A DNA stretch of 54,533 bases, counting the filler, from Sphacelaria rigidula (lineage: Eukaryota), in the NCBI GenBank assembly GCA_964200075.2. It is 4 parts of 4 records of this genome, joined end to end, with 100 filler letters (N's around TTAATTAATTAA, not from the genome) between each part and the next. Parts side by side here need not be neighbours in the genome. Positions count along the whole stretch, not along the records: positions 13,662 to 27,220 come from CAXNAA020002801.1; positions 27,321 to 40,877 come from CAXNAA020002802.1; 2 more parts are not named here. One strand, given 5' to 3'. The notes beneath the pieces are model-generated. The model did not search any database and was not told the DNA's origin. It saw only the letters and a list, made by a program, of their open reading frames with translations. Of this stretch, positions 23,010 to 35,987 are shown one piece after another (the first letter of the stretch is position 1; each line of letters starts with the position of its first letter). Position numbers and translations under genes: made by a program.

Positions 23010-24910
23010 GGAAAAAACTATCAAGGCTATAAAACCCGACGAAGCAGTTGATCGTGTACAAAAGCTCAAGTTCTCGTACCCATCCCTGGTCGGGTACGAA
23101 GCGGGACATTCTCTCTATCATTATCATCCCAGATTTCTCGGGAGCTCTTCCTGTTGTGTCAGCGGTGGCGGCTCTCCGATTGGCATCTTGGATGCAGCAC
23201 CCTATCGTTTGTGGCAAAGGGTCGATTGGCGTGCGTCTTGGCGTTGCCACGTCTCCTTTAATCCTCCCGTCCTTTGTTTGGCTCCAAATTATTTATTGTC
23301 CATGTTCGTCGTTGAGGCCCAATTGAGTGCATCGTTGCCCACCAAATCATATACGAACCATTCCCGTCGTGCTCCTCTGCCTGGAAGAGCCCGTAGTGCA
23401 CGTCAGATCTTTTGGGGGCGGTTGACCACTCTGGGTCCTTGTGCGACCAACCCTTGGAAAATGATGTGCTCCGGTAGACGTGTTTCGTCCTGCCGGACAA
23501 AGGCTTCCGAGAACCAGAGTTGACGCTAGCGGATGGTCGTCTCGTAACAGTCGCAGTTGATAATCTTGAGCACATATTTGTACGTAAGAGTTTTGTAACC
23601 AGTTCACTCCTTTCTGCAGAATATGACCACTCGCAACAAAAGCTGATGGTGTGCAGCGCGTTGATCTTCACTTCGTGAGGATGTAGCATGTATCACATCC
23701 GTACAGCATAGAATCCACCACCTCCACTTCATGTAGCCGTATGTTTAGACTGGGCGTTCATAGAGTTTGAGACTATACTTTGGAAGGCGCGCCCACAGCG
23801 CGCTTATGCACCGGCTGGGTTGCATTAAGATCTTCACATCTGCGCTAATGGCACCACCAAGGTAGATGGATTCGGCCGTGTGATTGTACCGTTGCCCTGC
23901 AGCTTTCACGTGTGGTACAACCTCTGCGGAGCTGGGTACTGGCGCATGGGCTCTGTCTTACTCTCCGATACCGCGAGTTGGAACTCCTGGCAGCTCACCA
24001 TTACCATGATCGTGATTCATCTAGGCCGTCTGTGGATCTCGAGATTATGCCGGCGTCATCTGCATGTAGAATTCCCCACATCGCGCGCCGAACCTTCTCC
24101 AGCGTCGCCTCTTCCAGATCTTTGCCATCGTCACCATCTTGGAGCATCTAGATATACCAAGTCTGAGACGATTGCTGGATCTACGGCAAAATGCTGTAAA
24201 ATCACGTCCACAAAGGATGCGCCGAAAATGTTGAAGAATAGCGATGACGAAACGCAACCTTGCCCGAGTCCCTGAAAGACGTGGAACCACGCTGGTAGTT
24301 TGCTGTCATCTAGCTGTACCCGAGCTTGCATGCCATCGTAAAACATATGGATGACCTTGATTATCCACGGCGAGACTCCGAAACAGGCAAGCACTTCCCA
24401 CAGGAGCGTGCGATCCACCGAGTCTTGAGCCTTCTTCACGTCGATGAAGAACATATTCAGTGAAACATTGCTCGCCCGTCCCAACTCCTGTAGGGGGCAT
24501 GCCACGACCATCGTGTCGGTGGTCGATCGTTGGCGCCGAAATCCGCACTGTTCTCCTGCGAAGATTCCTCCCTTATCGCAAAACACTACGGAGACTGCTA
24601 GCTACGATTTAGAGGAGAACTCTAACAGCATGTGTCACGAGGGAGATGCCTCCGTAGTTACCACCCTCGGTCCCATCCCTCTTGTGTAGCATTTTGATGG
24701 TGTCTTGCCACTCCTGCGGCACCTGCCCAGATGTCCAAACTGCAGCAATGGTGCTATGGGAGTGGAGCGAAATTTCCAGAGGCTCCCCAACCAACTCAAA
24801 CTTGAGGAATGCAGCAGGTATCTCATCCGGGCCCGTCGCTCTGCCGTTAGCCATAGCTCTCAGGGCCTCTTCAGTTTCACTTGGGTTTTGCGGTTCTCCA
24901 CCTGTCGGGT
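23010..24910 (-). mobile_element. 5'-truncated, degenerate RTE-clade LINE (RT domain)
   Basis: GRATGPDEIP, VPQEWQD, GNYGGISL, EQCGFRRQRSTTD, FIDVKKAQDSVDR, GLGQGCVSSSLFFNIF and LHADD (YADD box, ~24052-24070), with frameshifts. Confidence 0.92.
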
Positions 24911-26559
24911 TTGCTCAGTTCACCCCGTCCGTTTTTTTTTCTTCGTTTATATTCTTTACTCCTCTTGAGTTGCCTCTCAAGATTAATTCCGCTTTGGTTT
25001 CCGTGGACGTCTATCGGGTGACCACTACTGTATCCTTCAGGAACCAGTTTATGTGCGACAATCAGTCACTCTGGCACAGGGTATCCGGAAGACATCGGGG
25101 AAAAATACATGGCAGTGCCCCAATATCATTCACAAGCGTATCTCGGCCAACACAGAACCAAACGTCACGAAACCGAATTTCACTCGCACGACAATTACAT
25201 GCTGATCTAGGGCTGACAACCTGAGTCTATCAGGGCCCTTCCACGAGTGCAGCTAGCTTGCAACGAATATATATACCTGTAGACACCACTTTGTGCTTGT
25301 CACGCCGTATTTTTGCTCAGACGTCTTCGTCGAAACCTTGGAGCCAAGTGAACCGGGATGCGTGGAGGGATGCTACGATAGCGGGGAGGACATTTCTTCC
25401 GCGAAATTTGACCTAAAATTGCCGTTGAGAGCAGGAACGTTTGTTCGAAGGCACTTGTCACCAATAAGAGACAACCATTCGTACCGTTTGACACAGTTCT
25501 CACCCAAATACAAATACACCGCGGGCGGTTAGGTAGTCTGACCCACCTGTGAGCCCCTGTTTCTCGTGGAATCAAACATCCCTGTCGAAACATCGCTCTG
25601 AGCTAGACTCCTCGGTGGGGTGATATAAAATGTTCCGTGTGACGGCAATATTCCTTGTTTGAGGGCCAAAAGCCGTGTCTAGTGTTTTTAGCTCGGCCGC
25701 ATTCTTGTCTAGAAGCCATTCTCGAAACCTCGAAATCAAGCAAACCGGGATTGTGGGCTAGGCTACTCTCGATGGAGTAATGCAAAATCTTCAAGACATG
25801 TAATGGCGATATTCCCTGTTTGGGGGCCAAAAGCAGTTTGAAGTTACCCAGAAGTAGGGATACGATATGCTAACCGCAATAAACGGTCCAAAACGTGCCA
25901 CCCATGTTTGTGCACAACGTCGGGACGTTTGTGTTCACGACGTCAAGAATCTCTTGGTACACTAAGCTCCATACCAACTGCGGATGTGACCGAACCGACT
26001 GTTGTTTTGGACTCTCTGGCTATTGCTAGCCCGGTGCTCGTCTTTCATCACAGGCAGGTGTAACTCTCGTGCTTTATCCGACTCTACTCCTTCCCCGCTC
26101 CTGGTGTGAGACTGTACTTTGTTACGTCACTAAATACGAACCACTTGTGCATATACAGTAATGGCTATAGGAATGAGCTCGGTCCGTTGGCCTCTTTTAT
26201 CAGGGTTTTGTATAACTAGAAATAAATTATACAACTAGAAATAAATTATACAATACATATCGTCGAGCGCAGCGAGTATTCGAGCGAAGCCGTGCGAGGT
26301 CGCTGTGCGAGCACCAACCGCCCCCCCGGCTCGCGGGGTGGGGGGTGGGGAGCCCTGGGTCACGTATTCCAGTCTATTTCCGTATTTTTTATGCATTTCT
26401 AGTCCCTACAACACCCCCCCCAAAAGAATATACACATATATATATATATATATATCGTCACAAGATCGATCTGATATTTCGATGTTCGATAAAATTTATA
26501 TCGACCGATAGTATCAGGTGTATCTGCCTCCATACACAAGCCTCTTACTCATGCGTGCG

Positions 26560-26860
26560 CGCGTGTCATGTTGTATGTGGGTGAAAATACAACAAGCTCA
26601 GTGGGTGGAATATTATGGCATGATGACAACATTGGTCCTACAACTGTACCAGATTTCCCCCATGACAAACTTCTTCTGTTGCGTTATTTCCGATGGCTTG
26701 CTGCCTGTTTGTGTGCCCTGCCATCTTGTCTAAATCAAGATCCAGGGAATACTGCACCCCCTTGGATCTGGTCCTGCGAAACCCCGGCGCGCTCCATCAT
26801 GGCTTCGCAGGGATGCGAGGTCAATGGTCGTATGACTACAGCATGCGAGAACCCGGCGTG
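26560..26860 (+). mobile_element. Possible 3' remnant of a LINE related to the C-tailed family
   Basis: GGGATGCGAGGTCAATGGTC (QGCEVNGRMTTA) resembles GGGATGCGTGGTCAATGGTC of the 52044-52478 element. Confidence 0.4.
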
Positions 26861-27220
26861 CTCCGTGCCGGCTTTGTAGGGGCGGACCCCCGGTGGGGTT
26901 GGCGTCGGTTGGCGATGACGCTATGAAACACGCCACTCACCGCGTAAGCTAGGCAATCAGGTTACCGATTTTGTTTTGCGCGCTTGCGTCTTTTTGCGGT
27001 AACCGTGATGGGAGTCGAGCTGGATCATGCTGTGCGGCGTGGGAGAACCTCAACTCCGCACATTGGGGATGGTCGTACTGCGTAGTGTTCAAATGGTGAT
27101 ACATCCGTAAGGCAGTGTATAAGCCGTGTCTGTCTCTGGAAGTGGCGATACCAGAAAATAAAGCAACTTATTGTAGGGTGTTATCCAAATGCAAGATAAT
27201 AAGTAGGCTTCGGGCCGAAC

Positions 27221-27320
27221 NNNNNNNNNNNNNNNNNNNNNNNNNNNNNNNNNNNNNNNNNNNNTTAATTAATTAANNNNNNNNNNNNNNNNNNNNNNNN
27301 NNNNNNNNNNNNNNNNNNNN
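27221..27320. other. Artificial contig-joining spacer
   Basis: 44 N + TTAATTAATTAA + 44 N. Confidence 0.98.
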
Positions 27321-28374
27321 ATCGCTGAAAGTGTGGGGAAAGCACTGTCTTAGGCTTGAACCTCATTTCGGAGCTAAACCTCAATTCGCACAATTTATTG
27401 TAATTCATGTAACGGCAGGATAGATGAAGACCGAAAGTTTCATTCAATCTATTTTTAGATGCAGGTACAAACTGTTTGTACTAAAATTCTTGTGTTGTGC
27501 GCATCACGTCATGTGCACATGTATCAAGCAGTATGAGTCGCGGTGAAGAGCTTCCGACAGGATGTGGCAACCGCCGCCCGCCGCTTGTAGCCTTGGACTT
27601 TGTGCCCATCACCTTGCCACACAGCCTTTTGTGGTCGGGGTGGGCCGCGATTCCCCTCTTCGTTGCACGCGACAAATTATCTTCGAACGGCATGGGTGTT
27701 GCGCCGCAGATACAGTACAGTGCAGCACGCCTTTCAGAATGCAGCAGCAGCTGCCGCTGCATACCCCTCACATGTCCTGGGCAATCCTCCGCGACGGACA
27801 TCAGTCGCCTGTGCACAGCAAGTTCGTTACCGCCGATTGTATGCCACCTCACCGCCGCTTGTACCGCTTCGACAAGAGGAATACGCAGACCTCATGCATT
27901 TAGCTCCGTCTCGTCCCACAGCGTTGCTAGATTCAGTCGCCTTGTGAACATGACCACGTACATACTAGGGTACGTACTTTCCCGAACTTCCCCCGAGCAC
28001 TGTGTTAGTGTTATCAACTAGGGTTTACTATAGGATGGTGACCCAAAACAATCGGGGGATGCGAGGTCGGGCCTACATAAAATGCAAGTAAGTGATGAAA
28101 AGTTCGGGAATCCGAGCCCGGACAACTTGGGATTTTTCTTGCTTCGAAGGATTCTTTGCGGGCCAGGGACAGGGTACATCACTTTTGCAGTGACATCACT
28201 CCCGGCGACAGCCCCCCCCCACTGGTCGTTCTGATGTGGTCGAGAAATTTCGCCTCGCCCTGATTGGACAGGTCGCTTTCAGACATGTTTATTATTATTA
28301 TACTAACACATGGTGAACCCCTGGTTAGTGAGCTTCAGTCCCAAAAGGGTCAAGACGTAATAGGCGATAATACC

Positions 28375-31300
28375 TCATTCGGCTCCACGCTCATCGAAGG
28401 AGTGAAAGTTTCCCCTCACTGGTGACCGTTTCTGGATGCCTTGATAGACCCGCTTTGAGCAACTACATTCGGGTATACTGTACAGCTTCGATCTTCCATG
28501 TGTCTCGCAAGTGACAGCGTCTAATAGTTGTGCATCGAATGTGTTTATGACCAAGTTGTAGGTGATGACATCGGGCATGATACCCTCGGCCTTCATCTCC
28601 TCCAACAACGACAAAGCTTGCGCCAGCTGCCCACCGTCATCCCCGCATGCCGCGATGGTCGCCGTGTAGATTTTGACATCAGGGTTGATATCTTCCCTTG
28701 GCATTTCCCTCGATAGAGATAAAGCGTGCTCTAGCCGTCCTCCGAGGGCGCATGATCTGATGGCAGAATTATATGCTATGACATTGGGCACGATACCATC
28801 GGCCTTCATCTCTCCCAACAGTGACACAGCCTGCTGCCACTGACCACCGCATGCCGTGATGACCGAGCTGTACATTATGACATCTGGAACGATACCCTCG
28901 ATCTTCGCCTCCCTCTGCAGCGATAGAGACTTTTCAAGTTGTCCACTGTCCCCGCATACCTTGATCGCCGTGGTGTACGTCGTGACATCAGGTACTATAC
29001 CCTCCGTCTTCATCTCTCTCAACAGCGACAACGCCTGCTCCCGCTCTCCACCGCATGCGTTGATAGCTGTATTATACGTCATGACTCCAGGGATAACACC
29101 CTCGTTCCTCATCTCCCTCAACAGTGACAAAGCTTTCGCGGATTGCCCACTGTTCCTGCATACCTTAAATAGCGGAATTGTAAATTGCGATATCCGGGGC
29201 CAAACCCTCGCTTTTGACCTCCTCCAATAGCGCCAGAGCCTGCTCCCACTGCTTACCGTATGCGTTGATAGCTGTATTATACGTTATGATATCAGGGATA
29301 ACACCCTCGTTCCTCATCTCCCTCAATAGTGACAAAGCTTTCGCGGATTGCCCACTGTTCCCGCATACCTTAATAGCGGAATTGTAAGTTGCGAAATCCG
29401 GGGCCAAACCCTCGCTTTTGACCTCCTCCAATAGCGCCAGAGCCTGCTCCCACTGCTTACCGCATGCGTTGATAGCTGTATTATACGTTATGATATCAGG
29501 GATAACACCCTCGACCCTCATCTCCCTCAACAGCGACAAAGCCTGCGCCAGCTGTTCACCGTCATCCCCGCACGCCGCAATGGCCGAGTTGTAGGTCCTG
29601 ACGTCGGGATTGATACCTACCCTTGGCATCTCCCTCAAAAGCGACAAAGCCTGCTCCAGCTGTCCACCGTCACCGCATGCCGTGATGGCAGAGTTGTACG
29701 TTATTACATCAGGCGCGATACCCTCTGTTGTCATCCCCCTCAGCAGCGACAAAGCTTGCTCGAGCTGCCCACCACTCCCGCATACTCTGATGGCCGAGTT
29801 TAATGTTATGACATTAGGCATGATACCGTCGGCCTTCATCTCTCCCAACAGCGACAAGGCTTGCTTCCACTGATTACCGCATGCATTGATCGCTGAGCTG
29901 TACGTTTGGACGTTAGGTGCGACACCCTCAGCTTTCATCTCCCTCAACAGTGACATAGCATGCGCCAGCTGTCCACCGTCATCCCCGCATGCTGAAATAA
30001 CTCCTGTGTAGGTTATGGCATCAGGACTGATACCCTCCCTTCGCATCTGCCTCAACAGCAAAATAGCCTGCTCGAGCTGTCCACCTTCACCGCATACCTT
30101 GATGGCCGAGCTATAGGTGATTATACCAGGCACGATACCATCGGTTTTCATCTCCCTCACGAGTGACAAGGCATGTTTCCACTGACCACCGCACGCCATG
30201 ATGGCCGAGCTGTAGGTAATGGCATTGGGAGCAATACCTTTGGCCTTCATCTCCCTCAACAGCGACAAAGCCTGGGCCAGCTGTCCACCATCGCCCCCGC
30301 ATGCCTTGATGGCCGAGCTGTAGGTGATGACATTGGGGGCAATACCTTCGGCCTCTGCCTCTCTCAAGAGCGACAGAGCCGGCTTCCATTGCTTACCGCA
30401 CGCCATGATGGCTGAGTTGTAAGACACGACATCAGGCATGATACCCCTCGTCTTCATTTCCCTCAACAGCGACAGCGCTTGCGCCAGCTGTCTACCGTCA
30501 TCTCCGCACGCCGCGATGGCCGAGTTGTAGGTAATGGCATCGGGGGCAATACCTTTGGCCTTCATCTCCCTCAACAGCGACAAAGCATGGGCCAGCTGTC
30601 CCCCGTTACCGCATGCCTTGATGGCCGAGTTGTAGGTGATGACATCGGGGGCAATACCTTCGGCCTCTGCCTCTCTCAAGAGCGACAGAGCCGGCTTCCA
30701 TTGCTTACCGCACGCCATGATGGCTGAGGTGTAAGACACGACATTAGGCATGATACCCCTCGTCTTCATTTCCCTCAACAGCGACAAAGCCTGCTCCCAC
30801 CGATGACCGCATGCCTTGATGGCCGAGCTGTAGGTTACGACGTCAGGTACGAGCCCCTCGGTTTCCATCTCCCTCAGGAGCGACAACGCCTTGTTTGAGC
30901 GCCCAGCCTTGCCGCAAGCCATAATAGCCTGGAGGTAGCACATATTATCAGGGCGCACACCACCCACCTCCCGCATAAACGCTAACAGTTTGACGGCTTC
31001 CTCCCAGTGACCGCCTTTCACAGTCGTTTTCAAAGCGGTATAATATATATGTACAGTCACGACCAAGCGTGAGTCATCGCGAGCCAAAGCTTCCGCCAAG
31101 ACTCCCCTTACCCTACCCCATTCTCGCCGGTCCCCCGCTTGCTTGATACGATCCAAGTACAGTTTTTGTATAGCTTGGATACCGGCAGGTGGCCGTTGCC
31201 TATTTCCCCACCCGCCGGCTTGCCGTCCGCCTCGTCCAACACCTCTGTGACCCCGACCGCCTGCACGACCATCGCCAAATGGCCGCTGTCCATTTCCCCT

Positions 31301-31594
31301 TCCGCGACCTCGCGGCCCTCCTTTGTCACAACCACCTCGATAACGACCGCCATCATGGCCTCTCATCATGCGTGTGCGGGATAACGTGTCGCTGACAGAT
31401 GGTCCATCTGTCGGGCTAGCGGTGGAGAATAATTGTGCACACGGCAGCCGGACGCCAACAGCACCATTCGCTGCACGCGTGGAGGGCGCCATCATTATCC
31501 AGGGGTTGGCGGTGACCACAACACCTCCAAGAACCATGACATTTGGCATGTACCTTTCATCCAGGCAGCATGGGGAAGCGGGCGAGGACAACAT
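28375..31594 (-). CDS. Pentatricopeptide repeat (PPR) protein, about 24 repeats, probably organelle (mitochondrion) targeted; 1-bp frameshift at ~29168
   Basis: ORFs 29165..31615 and 28375..29130 carry contiguous VITYNSAIxACG..ALSLLREMKxxGIxPD repeats. The N-terminus has a presequence-like segment (..QLFSTAS..) and an RGG-rich stretch. An extra A at 29167-29169, relative to the paralogous repeat at 29372-29373, breaks the frame. Confidence 0.93.
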
Positions 31595-31629
31595 ACCACG
31601 ATTAGGACAGATCAAGATTTATACGAGTC

Positions 31630-33340
31630 GACTCACCATGACGCGCAAGCAGTCATGCTGTATTAACCGTAGGTCCCACTGAGTCGAGGGTGGATAACAC
31701 ATATGCACCGTAGTCATCTTGCGCGCATTAGAGGTGTGAAAAATTTACGCGTGGTTCAGGGCTCATCGGAAGTGAAGAGTCAACCTGTACACAACTTGTC
31801 AGTCCCGCATCGGTCCGGAGGTGGGAAAAATGTGCGGGCGCTCATCCCCAATAAGTTGGCCAAGCAAGTTGTACATGACGTTCCCGACTCATGATAATAA
31901 GAAACGCGTGACATATACAATATATGCATCCAAATGTTCAGCGCAGAGTTGACTCATGTGCCCATTATTCACCCCGGAAGTCATGGAAGGCATGAAGCGA
32001 GAACCTTCGGGTTATACTGAGCCACGCACAAGCTAAGAAGCTGTATGAATTATAAATGATGTACGACTAGTATGATCTATTCATTGAAATGATGGCTCTG
32101 AGTGGACTAAAAGTCAACATGTCACATCGCTAAGAATTTTGAAACCATCGTGTGCGCAGTCGGTACCGTTCACGGTACGGTAGGATATCACAGTAATGTT
32201 TTGTGTTATACTGCGCAGCTCTGCGTTGAACCCGTTCTGCTGTGGTAAGTGAAGTGAGCCCGTGAGTGTAGTATAGTCAGAGTACAGCGTTGAATTGTGG
32301 GAGCACACAGTACGCTGCCGTGCTGGTTTGTGCGGAGCAGTGCCGGGATGTGCTGTAATGTGTATTGTAGTTTAGTCTAGTGTAGCGTAGCCTAGCATAG
32401 CCTAGCCCAGCGTAGTATATCCGGGTTGCTGTGCTATGCTTTGTTGGGCCCGGACAAGGAAACCCCGCGTGGGTTCCGTCGAGGTCTGTTTTCACACAGC
32501 AATTGCCAACTGCGGTGAACCATCGTACACCACTGCGCAACTTTGTTCACGATGTGCAATCTACAATATCCTCGATGTTTTTTCCCCGTACTATGGTACC
32601 GGCCACATCCCCTTCCCTGTCGGTTAATCTGAAGCACAGAAAAGTGGATAGTGCTTCGTGTTCCGGCACGGCGGGGCATTTCGTACAGGTGCTTTCAGTA
32701 CAATATTGCGTGTTTCTTTCCTGTGAGGTCCCTACACAACAGCATACGACCACGCCGTCGATGGTTCTTGATTGGAAGAACGCATATTTCCACCATTACG
32801 CAGAGGTACCGCTCGTGCACGGTAATAAACAATCGCGGCGAACTGCCGCGCCTCTTTGTACCTGCCGGGTGTAGTGTTATGTTGACTCGCCATGATACGC
32901 AAGCAGTCATGCTGTATAAACTATCGGTCCGCTGAGTCGAGGGTGGATAACACATATGCAGCGCATTACCCATGGGAAAACAGTACGCGTGATACAGGCC
33001 CCATGAACATGAAATAGCAGAATTCAACTCATTGCCGAGTGTTGGTCCCACACTCACTCGAGGGTGGATAACATATAACATATTGTGCAGTGCAGGCGTC
33101 TTGCGCGCATTACAGGTTTGAGAAAAGTGTGTGTGGTTCGGGCCCCATGACTGCAGATTAATTAACCTTGTTGACTCAAGTAGGTCCCAGATTCATCCAA
33201 AGGTGGGAAACATATACCGGTGCATGTACAAGCTTCGAGTCATGAAGAAGGGTTGACTGCGTTGATTACAAATGATGAGCGAACCGCATGATTTATTCAT
33301 TGAGATGATGACTTTGAGTTGACTCGCAAGTTGACTTGTC
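31630..33340 (+). repeat. Diverged direct duplication of the PPR upstream region (31630-32125 vs 32884-33340)
   Basis: Shared CGCAAGCAGTCATGCTGTAT, CTGAGTCGAGGGTGGATAACACATATGCA, TCTTGCGCGCATTA and TATTCATTGA blocks in the same order. Confidence 0.8.
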
Positions 33341-35859
33341 CTAACCGTGCAACATACGGAGCGAAGTTGTGAGGTAGGGGGAACGCCATGAGTTAACGAT
33401 ACAACGCCTGCAGTGCATGAAAAAAGCTAAGATATGGAACGTAAAACACACTGCTTCCATCTATTCGACAAATACAAGCTACTCAAGGACACAGTTGCCA
33501 ATTTCGATCTTCGCCAGAACGCTTTCGTTATCCTCTCATACCAGAACCCGATCTAGTTCGTGCTTTGCGATCACATCATAACTTTTTCTTGGTACCCTAA
33601 GATTGAACCGTTATGCCATTTTTGGGGTGAAGCCTTGGCCATATCGCGCCTGCCTTCATTCCGCTTTTCTTCGGAGGCATCGCCAGTCACTTTTCGCGAC
33701 CATGTATGGATCTCCGTCTACGCTGCCTTGTTTCGTTTGACTCGCCCTATGCAACGCCGTACTTGTATTGTTGTAAACGCGTCGATGGTGCGAATAGAAC
33801 GCATAAAAATGCTGCAGTTATGTTATCGTATGAATAATTCTTGCAAGCTCTAACCCAGCCTTAAAAACCTGAAATTTCCGTGTCGCTTCCCACACTTCAT
33901 TGTCATCGGTCATCCCGAGGTCTCTGTTGGACATTTGAGTATGCTATATGATATTTGTAGATGGTTCATGTTGCGGCTCGTGCTGCGCTTATCTGCAGCT
34001 ATGCCATGTACTCTACTAGGCTGGTAAGGGATGTCAAAGATGTCATCTCCCTGATTGAAAGCTTGTAGTCCCTGTAATAGGTTGGAGGTAGTTCAACGTG
34101 ATCTTGGTTAGGTGAGGATACGTGCATCTATTCACGCGCGGCACAGTCAGACCAAGCACAAGTCGAAACAAACACCAAGGTAGTGTGCATCTCGCAAGAT
34201 TAGTTGGCCGTGAGAAGTGTCTTGAACTGTTAATAAACGGTACTTTTGTGTCCTAAATGTGTCATGTGTGTTATGAAGTATATCTCTTGCCAGTAGTGCC
34301 AATCACCAAAGCTAACTTGCGATATTCGAATAAAATTTCCGTCTCTCACCTCGTGTCAATAACGCTTCCTCCCCATGCTATGCTTCTCTCACCTGTGGAT
34401 GTCTAACCCTTGAAAAGATGATGAGCAAGATGCGCGGATAACGATCCGATTTGTCTGCGTCGATGAGAAATGGCTGTGACAGTTTGAACTCATTATCCGG
34501 CTATCGTAGCCCAGCTCGTACGGTACAACGAATCTGTCGTTGATCGATAACGCACCATGCTATGTGCTCGCGCGAAAATGATGATTCCTCCCCATGCTAT
34601 GAGATCAAATCATGAGCAATGGACTAGAAAAGGTATACATTTTCGTTTTTTGCCCAAGAAAGGTACGAAAAATGGCTAGAAACGCGAAAACAGCCAAACA
34701 CGCCATTTTGACCGTTTTCGCTACGAAATTTCAACGCACATCATTCGGGGGGGGGCATTGGCACCCCGCCTCGAAAACAAACGGGAAAAAAACATGTTAC
34801 TCGAGAGATATGGCCCCGCGAAAAGGACGTCTCGCCTTCAGAAGCCGCTTACCTTTTGTAGGCCAAATTTCGCCTAGGTATACCTGATGTATGATTTTTT
34901 TTCAATCTGACCTCATCTGGGCCACCGATCGGCCGAGAACGTACCTGTGCTAGGCCATCGCTCTCTAAGCTGTACCTGATGCGGCGCATCGCGCGGAAGG
35001 GAGTCTACGCGCCAACTCCAACCATGGCGCCCACGCCTTCGGCTCTTTTCCCGCTCACGGACGGCACAACGACCGTGCCCCCTTCTTCCCGGAAATGATT
35101 CTCAAGTCTCTCCGCTATTACTGTTCTGTCTCTAGCTCTCTTTGCGTGAAGACCAGTACTGCATCCGTTGCTTGAACCAACCATCGATGATGCGAAAATC
35201 GCCCGTTGGTGGCGGAAGAGCCTGGCTTGACCCTGACACCAGCCCCGAGATCGTAAAAGTACAACAGTGTTCCCCAACCCACTGGATCACAAGAGACCGA
35301 CGTGCTGTAAGTTGTGATTCCACATATTGTGTCGATAGACGTGATGGGTGTGCTGACCCTTTGACCGCGAGGGTAGTTCATCTGGACCATGCATACTTTT
35401 ATTAAGTGAAGTCGATGCCGATTCAACAGATGACCCTTTCTCGCCATCTAGAGGTTAACCGTTGGGCTACAAATGTTCATGGTTGATATTCCTTGATATG
35501 AGTGTGAACACCGAGAATCGGATCTTCAGGAGGGCTGACAGTCCCGTGTGCTCCTCGCATGCGCAAAACGCATCTTCGTTGAAACCGACGCCATAGGCGC
35601 CGATTTGGGGTCTATCAAGGCCGCATTTTGCCAAGAGAGAGCTATGTACCGCCCTTACCCGAGGATTCTCGGTATGCTTGGGGTTGGGGTAAAAAAATGA
35701 CAAAAACAGCCGTTTTTACACATGGAAAATCCCAAGAGACAGTGCTCCAAGGTCCACACACGTTACATTTTTCCCGTCCGAAAATTCAAACCATACGTAG
35801 CGTTATATAACCCAAAGGTACGTTTTTCCCGTTGTTTCTCAAATGTGTCCCGTCTATAT

Positions 35860-35987
35860 ATCCCTGCAAATTTCAAACACATTTCTTTAACCCGAAAAAC
35901 ACCGTAGAGTTCAATAAAAAAAAAATGATCGGACATCGTCAAGGGCCTGTACGAATTTAGATACCTTTACTTATGGGACAGAGGAAG
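35860..35987. mobile_element. Single (right) arm of the Stowaway-like MITE family
   Basis: AAACACCGTAGAGTTCA..GATCGGACATCGT..TACCTTTACTTATGGGACAGAGGAAG|TA matches 12690-12810. Confidence 0.85.

Noticed and set aside
28528-30727. Plus-strand ORFs over the PPR gene
   Set aside because: Antisense shadows of the repeat array.
15653-31594. EsV-1-7, RTE RT and PPR as one linked system
   Set aside because: The PPR is on a different contig, and the RT is an ordinary decayed RTE LINE.
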